DNA from: an uncultured Nitrososphaerales archaeon
GTDB lineage: Archaea; Thermoproteota; Nitrososphaeria; Nitrososphaerales; Nitrososphaeraceae
Reading direction: 5' to 3'
DNA length: 64,000 bases
Assembly (NCBI GenBank): GCA_963709405.1
Contig: CAVPXM010000053.1
Coordinates: forward strand, 107,154 to 171,153
Shown: piece by piece, positions 44,297 through 55,495 of the stretch
Numbering within the stretch: the first letter of the stretch is position 1
How the letters are laid out: each line of letters opens with the position of its first letter
Translations under genes and position numbers: made by a program
The notes under the pieces: model-generated
Databases searched by the model: none
Seen by the model: only the letters and a program-made list of their open reading frames with translations
Told to the model about the DNA's origin: nothing

Positions 44297-44638
44297 ATGT
44301 ATAGAGATAAGAAAGATATGAAGGCCCTGTCCTCGATGGGGGAAACAACGACAAATAATAAAAGCAATAACGCTGAGGCATATAATGTTAATCAGGATAA
44401 CGCCATTTCAGATGATAATTGGTCTAGCATATATGACTCAAAAGTTCTCGCAAAGACCAAAGAAGGCATGTTATGTGGTAATGTCGTAGCTGAGTATAAT
44501 GATAATATAGTATTGATAGATTTTGCCGCATCAAACCTACAGGAGTATCTTGTTCCAAAGTCAACAATCGAGCGATATGATGGCAAGTATTTGTATTTGA
44601 CTATTCCGCATGATGTACTAACCTCATATGGATATTAA
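44297..44638 (+). CDS. hypothetical protein with PRC-barrel-like C-terminal domain
   Basis: V..TKEG..CGNV...YLVPKSTIERYDGKYLYL. Confidence 0.6.
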   Translation: MYRDKKDMKALSSMGETTTNNKSNNAEAYNVNQDNAISDDNWSSIYDSKVLAKTKEGMLCGNVVAEYNDNIVLIDFAASNLQEYLVPKSTIERYDGKYLYLTIPHDVLTSYGY

Positions 44639-44965
44639 TCTCGAATGATATAAGATACTCGTTAGATATATATGGACAAGTTAAGCTTTTCATTATGCAA
44701 CCGAGTTTTTATTTGAGTATTGAATCTATCTTTGAGATGGTTCTGGGTGTAAGTGCGTCGCGTTATGATTAACTGTCCATTCTTCACTACAAAGTAATTT
44801 TAAAGTGGAATAAGCAGCTTATCTCGGCTTAGGGATATAACGATGTCTCGATGATTAGCATATTTGTTAAGACATTCGTACAATATAGTGATAAAACACA
44901 AAGATCGTATCTAATAAAAACTAGTCATCATTAGTAGTCCAAGGGACTTGCTTAAAACTCTAATA

Positions 44966-45115
44966 ATGTATGGCCTGGAAAGGGAGATTGAAGTATGCGA
45001 TGAATGCGAACAAGATTTCCTATTGATGGATCGTAGATGTAATTGCGGCAAAAGATTGTGCACCTCGTGTTACAAATGGCATAGAGAGAGTAGTGGAGTA
45101 TTTGGAATGTCGTAA
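44966..45115 (+). CDS. 49-aa Cys-rich zinc-finger microprotein (not in ORF track)
   Basis: MYGLEREIEVCDECEQDFLLMDRRCNCGKRLCTSCYKWHRESSGVFGMS*: CxxC, CxC, CxxCxxxH. Confidence 0.65.
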   Translation: MYGLEREIEVCDECEQDFLLMDRRCNCGKRLCTSCYKWHRESSGVFGMS

Positions 45116-45251
45116 GTAAATCAAAACTGACTGGAGATCAAATGCAAAATCTACTCAATCTATTTATATTTGGTTAGGCGAGGAGATTGAAAATATTACT
45201 AATGTCCGGCATAATAACCTTATAAGATATCAGCCATCTTCCTAACAATAT

Positions 45252-45770
45252 ATGGAACAAGCACTTAAGGAAAAGAGGAAGTCCAGAGCGATACTACTTG
45301 CCACCATTTTTGGTTTATCGATAATTCTGTGGACTCAGCCCGAATATCATGCAGCTAGGGCTCAAAATAATTACCCATTATTAATTCATGGTGGTGGCAG
45401 GGGTACAATTGTCTGTGTCGATGGATCTTCTGTGCAATCTGATATTTCATTTATAATAGCCTCGCATAAAAATCAAGGCAACGTGACTGGTAATTGGACT
45501 ATTAATGATTTTAGCGATCCATATGTATCTGGTTCCGTTGTTACCGGGGGTCCAATATATAGCGGCAGCGCAAACTTACTACAGTATAACGCAACTGGAG
45601 AAACCCATAATACCAAGGAGAAAATAAGACTCTGCAATCCTGCCCTCTTTGCTCCCATATCTATAGTTGGACAGTGTGGGCATAACGTCATCATTGATGT
45701 GGGATTGAAAACAGATGAACTCTTCGATATTGTGAACCCATTCTATGGAGATGTCGTTTGCCAGCGCTAG
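45252..45770 (+). CDS. secreted hypothetical protein
   Basis: signal peptide ending ARA, beta-rich domain with four Cys. Confidence 0.7.
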   Translation: MEQALKEKRKSRAILLATIFGLSIILWTQPEYHAARAQNNYPLLIHGGGRGTIVCVDGSSVQSDISFIIASHKNQGNVTGNWTINDFSDPYVSGSVVTGGPIYSGSANLLQYNATGETHNTKEKIRLCNPALFAPISIVGQCGHNVIIDVGLKTDELFDIVNPFYGDVVCQR

Positions 45771-46017
45771 TGCTAAAAGTTAATGTTTTGAAGTATGCTA
45801 AACTTCCAATTTGCGCTAATTAAGAATTTGGAAGCATATGGCAGTAGAAGACACTGACAGGAAATTTGTCGAATTGAAAATAGATAGAGATTAAGTTACC
45901 TTAGATCGGTTAGGCCATGAAACTAATCTTTGGTCTGAACAGGTAAATAGTAGTTAGTAACCTATAATGTCTAGAGAATAATTTTTATTAGACAAAGGTC
46001 AGGTGCGTATTGGGACA

Positions 46018-46857
46018 TCACTTAGGGGCATTTGCTTCTACTGGTTTAAAATCCAGTACTCCATTAATATCTAATAAGTCAATCTCATTAGCCATCTCCT
46101 TGGCTTCGTCAGTTTCTTGATTGTATTCATCCATACATTTGTTGTAGAATTTACACCATGGGCATTTGCTACTCCTCTTCGCTTCGGCAAGTTTTGGCAA
46201 TATAGAAACATCGTTTTCTTGTAGTGCTTTCAAAAACAGGTTCTTGCGCCTTACCATTTCATTCTTAAGAATTTCTCTTGAGATATCACCTTTGGGTATA
46301 TATACAGACCAGCTCTCTATACCTGCTTCCTTTCCGTCGCGTGGTCTGAAGTAATAATCACCTTCCGAATCACTCCGTATCCATCTGAATTCCTTGCTGT
46401 TATATCTGATAGAAAGAATGCCTTTTTCGATACCGGTTATTACAAGATAGTACAGTAGCTGCCTCAGATACGACCTAAACCTCTCGTCTGTTATATCTAA
46501 CCTCTTTCCGCTAAGTGTATCTTTTAACTCTACTATAACGTCCTTGCCGAGCATGACATCCGGATGCGAGATTATTCCATCTGTCTCTATTTCAGGCTGC
46601 GCTACCCCGACATTCGCGAGACTGGTAATGACGAATTCGCTGGACTCTCCTCTTACAAAATGATGGACTGATTCACTAGAGATAGGATCCAATTCAGGAT
46701 ATTTTCGTGAATAGAACTGTTTTCTAATACAAGTAGTTGGTATAATATCTGAAACATGCACTTTTTCATCAATTCGTCGTCTTTGTTCATACCTTAATCT
46801 CAGGTTTTCCTCAAGGAGCTCGGTGAACTCTTTATCCCTACGAATGGTTATGGTCAT
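46018..46857 (-). CDS. solo Cas4-like PD-(D/E)xK nuclease with 4-Cys Fe-S signature
   Basis: HVSDI..CIRK, HPD, IVELK, QLLYY, CPWCKFYNKC; no CRISPR array or other cas genes nearby. Confidence 0.8.
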   Translation of the reverse strand: MTITIRRDKEFTELLEENLRLRYEQRRRIDEKVHVSDIIPTTCIRKQFYSRKYPELDPISSESVHHFVRGESSEFVITSLANVGVAQPEIETDGIISHPDVMLGKDVIVELKDTLSGKRLDITDERFRSYLRQLLYYLVITGIEKGILSIRYNSKEFRWIRSDSEGDYYFRPRDGKEAGIESWSVYIPKGDISREILKNEMVRRKNLFLKALQENDVSILPKLAEAKRSSKCPWCKFYNKCMDEYNQETDEAKEMANEIDLLDINGVLDFKPVEANAPK

Positions 46858-46912
46858 CTACTCAAAACTGTACCTATCCAGTTTATCTCTTAACAATATC
46901 ATGCCAATTCTC

Positions 46913-46943
46913 ATCAATACTTTATTGATACTATTATAGTATC
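46913..46943. promoter_or_regulatory. two overlapping 7-3-7 palindromes upstream of the Cas4-like gene
   Basis: ATCAATA-CTT-TATTGAT (46913-46929) and GATACTA-TTA-TAGTATC (46927-46943). Confidence 0.45.
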
Positions 46944-47314
46944 TATCATATTATTTAATACCAATATGTATATTTTTGTATCAGCGAATGTGCCTCTACC
47001 TGATATAACCTACTATGACAGCAGGCAGACATGTTGATAGTGATTGGAATTAGCTAATCCCTAGACATTTTGGAGCCGGCCATCCATCATCTATGAAGCC
47101 CATTATTAATTCAACGCTATATCATTGACCTAGTTTGTGTACAAAATAAGACGTTAGCAATTACCTCCTTGCCCACTGAAAAATTCTCACCTTTGGATTC
47201 CGTTAAAATATTTAATGGTCTCGATTTCGGGCCAGTATTTATCTATGAATGAATCAGTGCGTGCCGGAACAAATGTTATATTATTATTAGCATTTCGTAA
47301 AACATTATAGCTAT

Positions 47315-47632
47315 ATGCAATACCATAAGGCCGCCTTTCTTGGTTCAGAAAGGTCAAAAAAAGCCCAGATGAAATTGTTTGATTATACTGGATTCGCCAT
47401 GTTAACTTACACGATTAAACATAGTAAGAATAACTTTGAGCCAGTGGGTGAAGAAATGCTTGTTGGGAAAATGGTCAGGGGTGATGAAACAATGCTATTT
47501 ATATGTGACAAAGATGGTTATGCAAAAGCTCAATCGAGACCATTAGCTAACAGCAAAGGGGAAGAGATATACAAAAAAATAATAAACGATGGAATTTCCG
47601 AATTTATCGGGGATATCAAGACCGTCACTTGA
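47315..47632 (+). CDS. conserved hypothetical protein
   Basis: 105-aa ORF, ATG, TATA-like upstream, convergent overlap with pyrH. Confidence 0.7.
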   Translation: MQYHKAAFLGSERSKKAQMKLFDYTGFAMLTYTIKHSKNNFEPVGEEMLVGKMVRGDETMLFICDKDGYAKAQSRPLANSKGEEIYKKIINDGISEFIGDIKTVT

Positions 47633-48338
47633 TAACTATGATTTCAGTCCCAACATAATTCTTATTTTCTACTGCATTTTTGATATTAACAGTCTCGGAT
47701 CTTAGGATTCGGGTAGGAATTTTAGAACGTTCTATGACTTTGAGTGCGACAATGTCCATCAGATCATATGTGCCAGCAATGAAACTCTCGCTCTCAAGAA
47801 TCCTCATACATTCCTGAATTGTAATCTTCTTTAGAAGTCGAGCATCTTTATTAAGGTTCGGATCTGAGTCGTAGATTCCATCAACATCAGTAGCATTCAG
47901 AAATTTCGATGCCTTTACTATTTCAGCAATCAATGCGGATGTGGCGTTAGTACTCTGTCCCGGATGTAGACCACCTGTTACTACTATTCTGCCACTCTCC
48001 ACTGCTATAGCAACTTCTTCTAGAGTTTTTGGGATCTTAGGATAGGCCCTTTCTTGAAGGGCAGTTTGCAACAACTTTGCGTTTAATCTCGAAACATCGA
48101 TTCCCATAATATCTAAATTTGCCTCGTCTGAACCTAAGGCTCTTGCAAGATTGATATAATGCCGAGCAATTTTTCCACCTCCCGAGATAACGATTGGTTG
48201 AATCTCGTTATTAATGGATAATAACATCTCAGCATATTCTCCAATCAATCTTTCATTAGCATCTTGACCAAATATGCTTCCACTTAGCTTAATCACTATT
48301 CTATCCTTGGATTTGGGTTTCAGAAATAGGTCATCCAT
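47625..48338 (-). CDS. pyrH: uridylate kinase
   Basis: IVIKLSGS, SGGGKIAR, GLHPGQSTNA, ATDVDGIYDSDP; start probably ATG 48338. Confidence 0.93.
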   Translation of the reverse strand: MDDLFLKPKSKDRIVIKLSGSIFGQDANERLIGEYAEMLLSINNEIQPIVISGGGKIARHYINLARALGSDEANLDIMGIDVSRLNAKLLQTALQERAYPKIPKTLEEVAIAVESGRIVVTGGLHPGQSTNATSALIAEIVKASKFLNATDVDGIYDSDPNLNKDARLLKKITIQECMRILESESFIAGTYDLMDIVALKVIERSKIPTRILRSETVNIKNAVENKNYVGTEIIVIK

Positions 48339-49582
48339 GTTTTGATCCCTCTCTTTCAATAACGCTTCTAATACACCTTTCAACTGCATTTCTGCTTTCA
48401 GCTGTTGTATACACCCTTAACATATTGAGGAAGCCTGTTATTGAATCAATAATAGGTATTTCAGATACAGGAATCTCGTAGGCCCGCTCTCTATCGGAGA
48501 GTACCTACTGAACTAATCTCCTTTTTGCTTGGGGTCAATGGTATTGATGATGCTCTTGATGAATCTACAAAGACAGTAGCTTCGCTAACACCAGCTGTTT
48601 CTGCTATCCGTATTCCTAGTCCATTCAACGCGTCTCTATTGATTTTTTTGAACGTGGGGTCATGCTTATGATGAAATTTTTCATATACACACTTTAAGAG
48701 TTTTCTTGATCTATAGTCTCTTGCCAGCTTGGCCGCAATTTCATTCTCACCATTAAGCGTAATAATCCTTTCAAGCACGTTCTCGTCAGTCAATTCCGAG
48801 AATTTTTCTAGAGAAACATCTGTCAAATTTAGCTGTTCGTCAGCGAGAAGCATGGAATGTAATAGCATCACCTCTGCAGATCTAACTGTCTTATGAAAAT
48901 AAACTGCCTTGAACATTTCATATCTGGATATTAACATCGATTCAAAGGAATATAGAGCCGATCTATCTATTGCTAAGCGCTCGTTAGTTACTACTTGAAA
49001 GGACCCAACGAGTCTATGATAGTCAATATTGCCATACTCGGCGCCAGTGAACATACCATCTCTAGGCAAATAATCCATTATATCAGCAGATAGGCTTCCC
49101 GCAATGATTTCGTCCAGAAATCTTATTTTTGACTGCCCGCATGACAGTCTTGAAACAGTGGACGAGTTATAGCCATGTCTTGAAATGATGTCACTGATTT
49201 CACTTTTCAAAATAATTTCCATTCCGATATCTTCATGATTTTTTCGACCTTTTTCGTCCAAGACCTCCTCAAATAAATGCGAAAAAGGTCCATGACCTAT
49301 ATCGTGGAGTAGAGCAACCAGTCTAATCTCCTGTATTTTGTCTTCACTATCCAGATATCCTTTTGAAAAAAGAGTTTCTCCTGCGTATCCTGCTATATGC
49401 ATAGTTCCAAGAGAGTGCTCGAAGCGAGAATGTTGTGCACTTGGATATACTAGGTGTGCTCCCGCGAGTTGTCTAATCCTTCTAAGTCGCTGAAAGAATT
49501 CGTTATCTAAGATGTCGTGCTCAAGCTCTGTAAATCGAATGTGTTTATGTATCGGATCGGTTATTTCTCCAACAAATTTCAT
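48331..49582 (-). CDS. HD-domain dNTP triphosphohydrolase-like protein (SAMHD1/YwfO type); +1 frameshift at ~48505
   Basis: DPIH, FQRLRRIRQL, HSRFEHSLG, LLHDIGHGPFSH, DIMDYLPRD, VYFHK; shifted frame continues ..IIDSITGFLNMLRVYT.. to TGA at 48331. Confidence 0.88.
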
Positions 49583-49593
49583 GATTATGACAA

Positions 49594-50214
49594 TTAATTG
49601 ACTAATAATTTCTCTACAAGTTTTAGCACATCTTCGTGGACCTGCTCTCTGCTTCTTTCTCCATCGATTTCCTTCCAGTTGAATAGCTTTGCAAGCTCAT
49701 GGTAATTCTTATGTACTCTCAACAATAATTTTTGATCTTTTTCGAATAAATCGTGGTCGTTAACTAGCCTTTCCTCTATTATGTATGGTTTTGCTTTAAG
49801 GATTATGACTAGATCTTCCATTGGGATACCCTGATCCAAATTTAGTAACCACCTCAAGTCTAGGCCATTTGATACACCATAAACTAGGTTAGATTGGTAA
49901 TATCTGTTCATTATCAAAATGGTGCCACTCTCCATGGCGATCTCTATTTCCTTCTTCTTTTCCCATCGATTGGCAGAAAGAAGCATATGTTTCAATTCGG
50001 TAGGATACTCACGTTTGCAGTCTAAGAATGCACGGATCTCCGAACCTATTGGTGTATTGTAATCAGGAAAATTGAGTATTGAACAACTCTTGCCGGAACG
50101 CCTCAGGAATTCCATGAGCAGTTTAGATTGTGTTGTTTTACCTACTTTATCCGTTCCTTCAATCACTATTATCCTGCCATTTTTCAATATACAAATTCGG
50201 GAGCATGCTAGCAT
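49594..50214 (-). CDS. tmk: thymidylate kinase
   Basis: IVIEGTDKVGKTTQ, FPDYNT, LSANRWE, NRYYQSNLVYG. Confidence 0.93.
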   Translation of the reverse strand: MLACSRICILKNGRIIVIEGTDKVGKTTQSKLLMEFLRRSGKSCSILNFPDYNTPIGSEIRAFLDCKREYPTELKHMLLSANRWEKKKEIEIAMESGTILIMNRYYQSNLVYGVSNGLDLRWLLNLDQGIPMEDLVIILKAKPYIIEERLVNDHDLFEKDQKLLLRVHKNYHELAKLFNWKEIDGERSREQVHEDVLKLVEKLLVN

Positions 50215-50424
50215 AAAAGGATGATGAGGATCGGCTTGATTCTAACGATCCGATCAAATTTGTTTAAAATGTATTGTTGCTTCCGATAAAAACTAAAGAA
50301 AAAGAGACACCTTACGTAAAGGGATTTATATAGAGCTTTGCTGCTTTTGATACCTTTGATACTGTTAAGAAGATAGTATAGCAAATCAACACTTAAATCT
50401 TGATGATATCTATATTAATTAAGA

Positions 50425-50757
50425 ATGACTGAGTTATCAAACTTAACACTTCAGTTTGGCGTTGGAGGCTTTGAATGGGTCATTATTATTGTTATTGTTG
50501 TAGTGCTTATTTTTGGAGTAAAGAAAATTCCTGAACTTGCCAGATCTTTTGGCAAGGCATCATCTGAATATGAAAAGGCCAAGATTGAGGCAAAGAATGA
50601 GCTACAGAGAGTTAGAAATAAGAATGTGGATGTAGTAGGACGAGAAAAACTTGAATCAATAGCTGAAACTTTGGGTATAGATTATACAAACAAGAATGAT
50701 GAGGAGCTTAGGGTTGCGATCGATGCTGAAATCAATAGGAGTAAGAACCAGCCCTAA
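50425..50757 (+). CDS. tatA: twin-arginine translocase TatA subunit
   Basis: GGFEW + TM + LIFGVKKIPELARSFGKA. Confidence 0.92.
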   Translation: MTELSNLTLQFGVGGFEWVIIIVIVVVLIFGVKKIPELARSFGKASSEYEKAKIEAKNELQRVRNKNVDVVGREKLESIAETLGIDYTNKNDEELRVAIDAEINRSKNQP

Positions 50758-50880
50758 GAAGCATAACCTTTTTTGATGCTATCAAACTCTTTTCGTTACT
50801 CAGTATATTACCATTTAGTCAATAGAATTCGACTTTTATTAGAAGAAAAAGGATAAGATTAAACAATGCTATCAAATTTG

Positions 50881-52002
50881 CTAATAATGCTTCAAGATTT
50901 TGTAAAAATTGTCCCTCTCTAGTGGTTCGTAGCCAATCTGCCTTATAGCATTTATGATTTTGGTGGATGTTAATTCTGTTGACCTGGCCCCAGTTGCGCT
51001 TACTACCTCTTCTCCAATGAGAGTGCCTCCAAAATCATCAGCGCCGTAATATAACGCGAGTTGAGCCATGCCTATTCCATTCGTCAGCCACGATGATTGT
51101 AAATGATCGATTAAGCCGTAATATGCTATCCTCGAAACCGCAATCATCTTTAATAAATTTAGTCCACCTGATGAATAGCGTATGTGGCCTTCTGATTTCA
51201 TCTCAGTCGCGTTTGGTTCAAAACTCCATGGTATAAATGCCATAAATCCTCCTGTTTTTTCTTGTAATTTTGCAATCTTCATAATATGTCGAGCCTGTTG
51301 TTCTTCATTCTCAACAGTGCCATACATCATTGTTGCTGATGATTTCATGCCTAGCATATGTGCTTCTTCCATTATTCTGAGCCATTCATCGCTCTTTATT
51401 TTTAGAGGGCTAATCTCTGCCTTTACGTCATCGTCAAGAATTTCTGCACCCGCCCCTGGAAGTGTATCTAATCCTGCTTCCTTCAGTCTGGCGAGTACCT
51501 CTTTTGTACTACTTCTTTCGATTTTAGCGATCATATCTACCTCGGATGGTGATAACCCATGAATAGCTATTTCTGAACTTTTCTTTATTGCATTAAAGAC
51601 ACTTTCAAAGTATTCTAATCTCAGGCTTGGATTGTGCCCCCCTTGAATTAGCACTTGAGTAGTACCTAGCGTTTGTGCAGAAGTTAGAACTCGTTTCAGT
51701 ACTTCTTCTTTGGACAAAGTATAGGCGTCTTGATGTCCAGGTGGTCTGTAAAAAGCACAAAATTTGCAATAAGTTACACAAACATTTGTATAATTTAGTA
51801 TTATGTTATTAATAAAAGACGCGGTATTTCCATATAACTTTTGCCTCAACACATTTGCTACTGCTCCTAACGCAACTACATCATTAGATTTAATTAATCG
51901 TATACATTCTTTTATTCCAATATGATGACCAAGTGCATTTTCCACTATATCGCAGATGTCAGATTTCATGATTAAATCTTGCGTGAGCCTGATATTCTTC
52001 AA
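50881..52002 (-). CDS. mqnC: cyclic dehypoxanthinyl futalosine synthase (radical SAM)
   Basis: NYTNVCVTYCKFCAFYR, LIQGGHNP, PGAGAEIL, FIPWSF, LQSSW, GADDFG. Confidence 0.88.
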   Translation of the reverse strand: MKNIRLTQDLIMKSDICDIVENALGHHIGIKECIRLIKSNDVVALGAVANVLRQKLYGNTASFINNIILNYTNVCVTYCKFCAFYRPPGHQDAYTLSKEEVLKRVLTSAQTLGTTQVLIQGGHNPSLRLEYFESVFNAIKKSSEIAIHGLSPSEVDMIAKIERSSTKEVLARLKEAGLDTLPGAGAEILDDDVKAEISPLKIKSDEWLRIMEEAHMLGMKSSATMMYGTVENEEQQARHIMKIAKLQEKTGGFMAFIPWSFEPNATEMKSEGHIRYSSGGLNLLKMIAVSRIAYYGLIDHLQSSWLTNGIGMAQLALYYGADDFGGTLIGEEVVSATGARSTELTSTKIINAIRQIGYEPLERDNFYKILKHY

Positions 52003-52089
52003 TACTAGTACAATGCAGAACTGTTTATACTATTTAATCCTTACAAGAGGTTTGCTAAGCTTCCTAGTAACATATATTTTATATTTGGA

Positions 52090-53211
52090 ATGATAGATTA
52101 TAGTTTGCTAAGTAATATTCAAGGTGCAACGAATGCGCTGGAAAAGGCCCTTGCGGGAGAAGAGTTATCGTTCGAAGATGGTTTGCAGTTAATAAAGGAA
52201 GAGAATTTGTTCTCTTTAGGTGCCGCAGCTGATAAGATCCGTAACAACACTTGCGGAAATACGGTTACGTTTACTTCCTCGTATTACTTGAATTATACAA
52301 ATGTTTGTGCTGCAAGTTGTCCACTATGTGCATTCTACCGAAAAGGTGACGAAGGTGATGCATATACTCTAACTATCGAACAGATTGTAGCAAGAGCAGG
52401 AATAGCAGTAAAGCAAATGGGAGCGACAGAACTCCATATAGTTGGCGGTTTTCATCCCAAACTAGGACTCGAATATTTCGAAACCATGATGAAAGCAATA
52501 AAGAGAAATTACCCAAATGTAACAATTAAGGCGCTAACTCCAGCGGAAATTTTTTTCATTGCAAGATTGACTAAAAACTCCATAAAGGAAGTATTACTTA
52601 GATTGCAGGATGCAGGATTAGATACACTTCCGGGCGGTGGAGCTGAAATTTTCAGTCCAGAATCGAGAGACAAGATTGTTAGAGGAAAATGTTCAGGCGA
52701 AGAATGGCTGGATACAGCTCGCCAGGCACACGAATTAGGACTCACCAGCAACTCGACCATGCTCTTTGGCCATGTTGAGAAATTAGAAGATATTGTCGAT
52801 CATATCTTGAAGATAAGAGATCTTCATAAAAAAACAAATGGCTTTAATACGTTCATTCCCTTGAAGTTTAGCCTTGACAATACCGAATTAGAACAAAATG
52901 GAATCATATCTATGGAGAGTCCCTCAACATACGACTTGAGAGTTATAGCAGTTTCAAGATTGCTTCTCTCAAATGTACTTAATAATATCTCAATATATTG
53001 GGTCGCATTAAGTAAAAAATTAGCCCAAGTCGCGTTGTCTTATGGTGGTAACGATCTAGTTGGAACCGCATATTCTGAGGAAATTTTTAAAGCAACTGGG
53101 AAAGGTTCAGGAACGTCGATAGAAGAATTGATAAATCTGATAAGGGAAGTTAAGAAAGAGCCCGCTCTGAGGGACTCTTATTTTAACATTGTAAAGAAAT
53201 TTACTCTATAG
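52090..53211 (+). CDS. mqnE: aminofutalosine synthase (radical SAM)
   Basis: NYTNVCAASCPLCAF, ELHIVGGFHP, PGGGAEIF, NSTMLFGHVE, FIPL, YWV. Confidence 0.85.
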   Translation: MIDYSLLSNIQGATNALEKALAGEELSFEDGLQLIKEENLFSLGAAADKIRNNTCGNTVTFTSSYYLNYTNVCAASCPLCAFYRKGDEGDAYTLTIEQIVARAGIAVKQMGATELHIVGGFHPKLGLEYFETMMKAIKRNYPNVTIKALTPAEIFFIARLTKNSIKEVLLRLQDAGLDTLPGGGAEIFSPESRDKIVRGKCSGEEWLDTARQAHELGLTSNSTMLFGHVEKLEDIVDHILKIRDLHKKTNGFNTFIPLKFSLDNTELEQNGIISMESPSTYDLRVIAVSRLLLSNVLNNISIYWVALSKKLAQVALSYGGNDLVGTAYSEEIFKATGKGSGTSIEELINLIREVKKEPALRDSYFNIVKKFTL

Positions 53212-53325
53212 TCCTACCTATCCAATAGGTGAAACGTATTTCATAAACCGAAGGTGCATTCTAGTCTACCCTACAATGCCGATGACTGATAAGTATGATA
53301 AATCGTAAATACTATATCATCATCG

Positions 53326-53649
53326 TTATTTTTTATTCTTGGCTTCTTTGCTTGTAGTACTCCTTACCGTAGGGATAGTGTTTTCCAACGTTGGAGTAAT
53401 AGTATCAACGCGCTGTAGAGATAACAATGATTTATTGGTTTCTTCTAATTGCTTCCTCGTTCTAAGCTTATCCTTATACTTCAAATTTCGTGGCTTTGTT
53501 CTCAGCCTGTAGCCACAACAAGGACACCACAATCCAACCCAGTTGATGAATATTTCACAAATTTGGCATCGTCTCTGTCCTAAAGCGTAACGGCCAGAGC
53601 CGACTGGTTTTTGTGCCTTGTGACGTATACATATGCCTTTACAAGTCAT
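53326..53649 (-). CDS. Cys-rich zinc-finger protein (thaumarchaeal family)
   Basis: MTCKGICIRHKA..RY..GQRRCQICE..CPCCGYRLRTKPR. Confidence 0.8.
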   Translation of the reverse strand: MTCKGICIRHKAQKPVGSGRYALGQRRCQICEIFINWVGLWCPCCGYRLRTKPRNLKYKDKLRTRKQLEETNKSLLSLQRVDTITPTLENTIPTVRSTTSKEAKNKK

Positions 53650-53990
53650 TTTACACCTTTATTACACCATACTTAATTTTATACTTTTAGTCTATATATT
53701 AGAAAATTTCTAAACACTGCGGCAACAATAATTTCCTTAATTTATGTCATCTTCGCAAATTTTTGGATACTATTTCATATTGTAGTGTCTTGCTGCAAGA
53801 TTTTATCCAAAAAGGTCAATATTATTGATTTTGTCCAGTACGGAAGCTCGACTTGATGGATCATTCCATACGAAATTCCTATATCAGTGTTAATTTGTTC
53901 CCAAGTATCGATGTTGGGTCATGGGGATGTTTATTTTTGAGCAGGATCTAAAGAGACCCAAACGATCAATTCACTCACTATATACACACA

Positions 53991-55036
53991 TTATATTCTT
54001 GATACCTTGAACATATTCATCAACTTAATTTCCATCCCATACCTATCCTCCTCACTTTTCATATGTTTATATATCCTAATAAGCTCTGGCCAATGCTTTA
54101 ATATACTAAATTTTCCCAAAATTTTCAGTTGTATAAATCTATAGACTGTTGTGTAAATATCAAATTTTTTTATCACAGCATCTCTGTAGCCTTCCAAATC
54201 TCTAAGGTATTTGACAAATAACTCTGCACACCATGTAGCAGGAATAATTCCTTCTCCTAGAAGTGCATACACAGTACCTATAGACTCACCCACACCAACA
54301 GATTTTCTATTATCCGTGAAAGGCTCACAGGTACTCAGGCGGACTAATTCTTACTGGCCTACCAACCTTTTTTAGAACGTCACATTTGTATTTATTCAAA
54401 AATAAATCAACAAACTTGTTGTTCTGCTTCCGTTCAAAATCCCCCGCACCTATATGAGCGTAGCCATTACCTAGAGGAAAGAACCAAAAATAACCGTTCA
54501 TCGAAGGGAAAGCTTTCAAGTAAAAATCATCATACGGAATTTTGCCTGGTTCATATTTTACTTTATACTGAATACATGGGATCCACATCTCTCTCTTTAG
54601 TTTGGGAAGATAGTTTCGGTGAAACCCGGTAGCATCAATAATTAGATCAAAATCAGATTCCAAAATCTCTTTTCTAGGGTACTTTACCGAATTCAATTTT
54701 TGTGCCTTTTATCATATCTTGAATTAACTTCAATTTATCGTAAACTACCATTCCCTTTAGCCGGATATCAATTGAATTATCGTAGTCGTAGCCTTGTTCA
54801 TTATCGAAATCGACCCGCATATGTTTGCCGTTATGCATCACATAATTTTCAAAATTCAGCCCACATTTCTTGCTCATACCAGACATTACATTTTGGCATG
54901 TTGCCCACGCGCATACTGCATCATGTTCATTTTCAGGCATTCTCTCAAAACCTATAACATGATCATCATGCTCATCGCTCAATCTATTCATAAGGTATGC
55001 TCCCGCAACGCCTATGCCAACGACGGCAATCTTCAT
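53991..55036 (-). CDS. geranylgeranyl-reductase-like FAD oxidoreductase (two +1 frameshifts at ~54678 and ~54330)
   Basis: three consecutive ORFs join: KIAVVGIGVAG, VCAW, IIDATG, GYFWFFP..HIGAG, VGVGESIGTV..LLGEGI. Confidence 0.85.
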
Positions 55037-55265
55037 CTAGATCTTATTAACAAAAAGTCCAAATAAAAACATTGCAAATTAAAGTCGAGACAAAATATGA
55101 GATAATATGCATTGAAATAACTCACAGGAATATAATATAGACTATGACCTTGTGATAACAATATCACATACGATATAATCAGTCAGCATCTGACTCTCCC
55201 GGAACCTGTTTACATAGATCGGTTTCTACTTATAATCTATCTCACCTATATACAATCGATGCGAA

Positions 55266-55478
55266 TTGTCCTCGTCTAACACTAATAAGAAAATGAAGCG
55301 AATGCCAGGAACTGCTCGTATGGGATTGACACTATTACTCATAGGAGCAATTCTTGTTGGGGTAGGAACATACGCGAATAGAGGAGCAGTTTCCCTCTAT
55401 GGCTTGATTCTTGTTATTATAGGGTTTTCTACATATATGATCTCATCGATTATAGCAGCTAGAAGGAATAGGAAATAA
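55266..55478 (+). CDS. small 2-TM membrane protein
   Basis: two hydrophobic helices, basic termini. Confidence 0.6.
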   Translation: MSSSNTNKKMKRMPGTARMGLTLLLIGAILVGVGTYANRGAVSLYGLILVIIGFSTYMISSIIAARRNRK

Positions 55479-55495
55479 TGGAAAAATACAGCAAT

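Noticed and set aside
50881-53211. CofG/CofH (F420) assignment or novel radical SAM pair
   Set aside because: Motifs fit MqnC and MqnE of the futalosine menaquinone route already known in Thaumarchaeota
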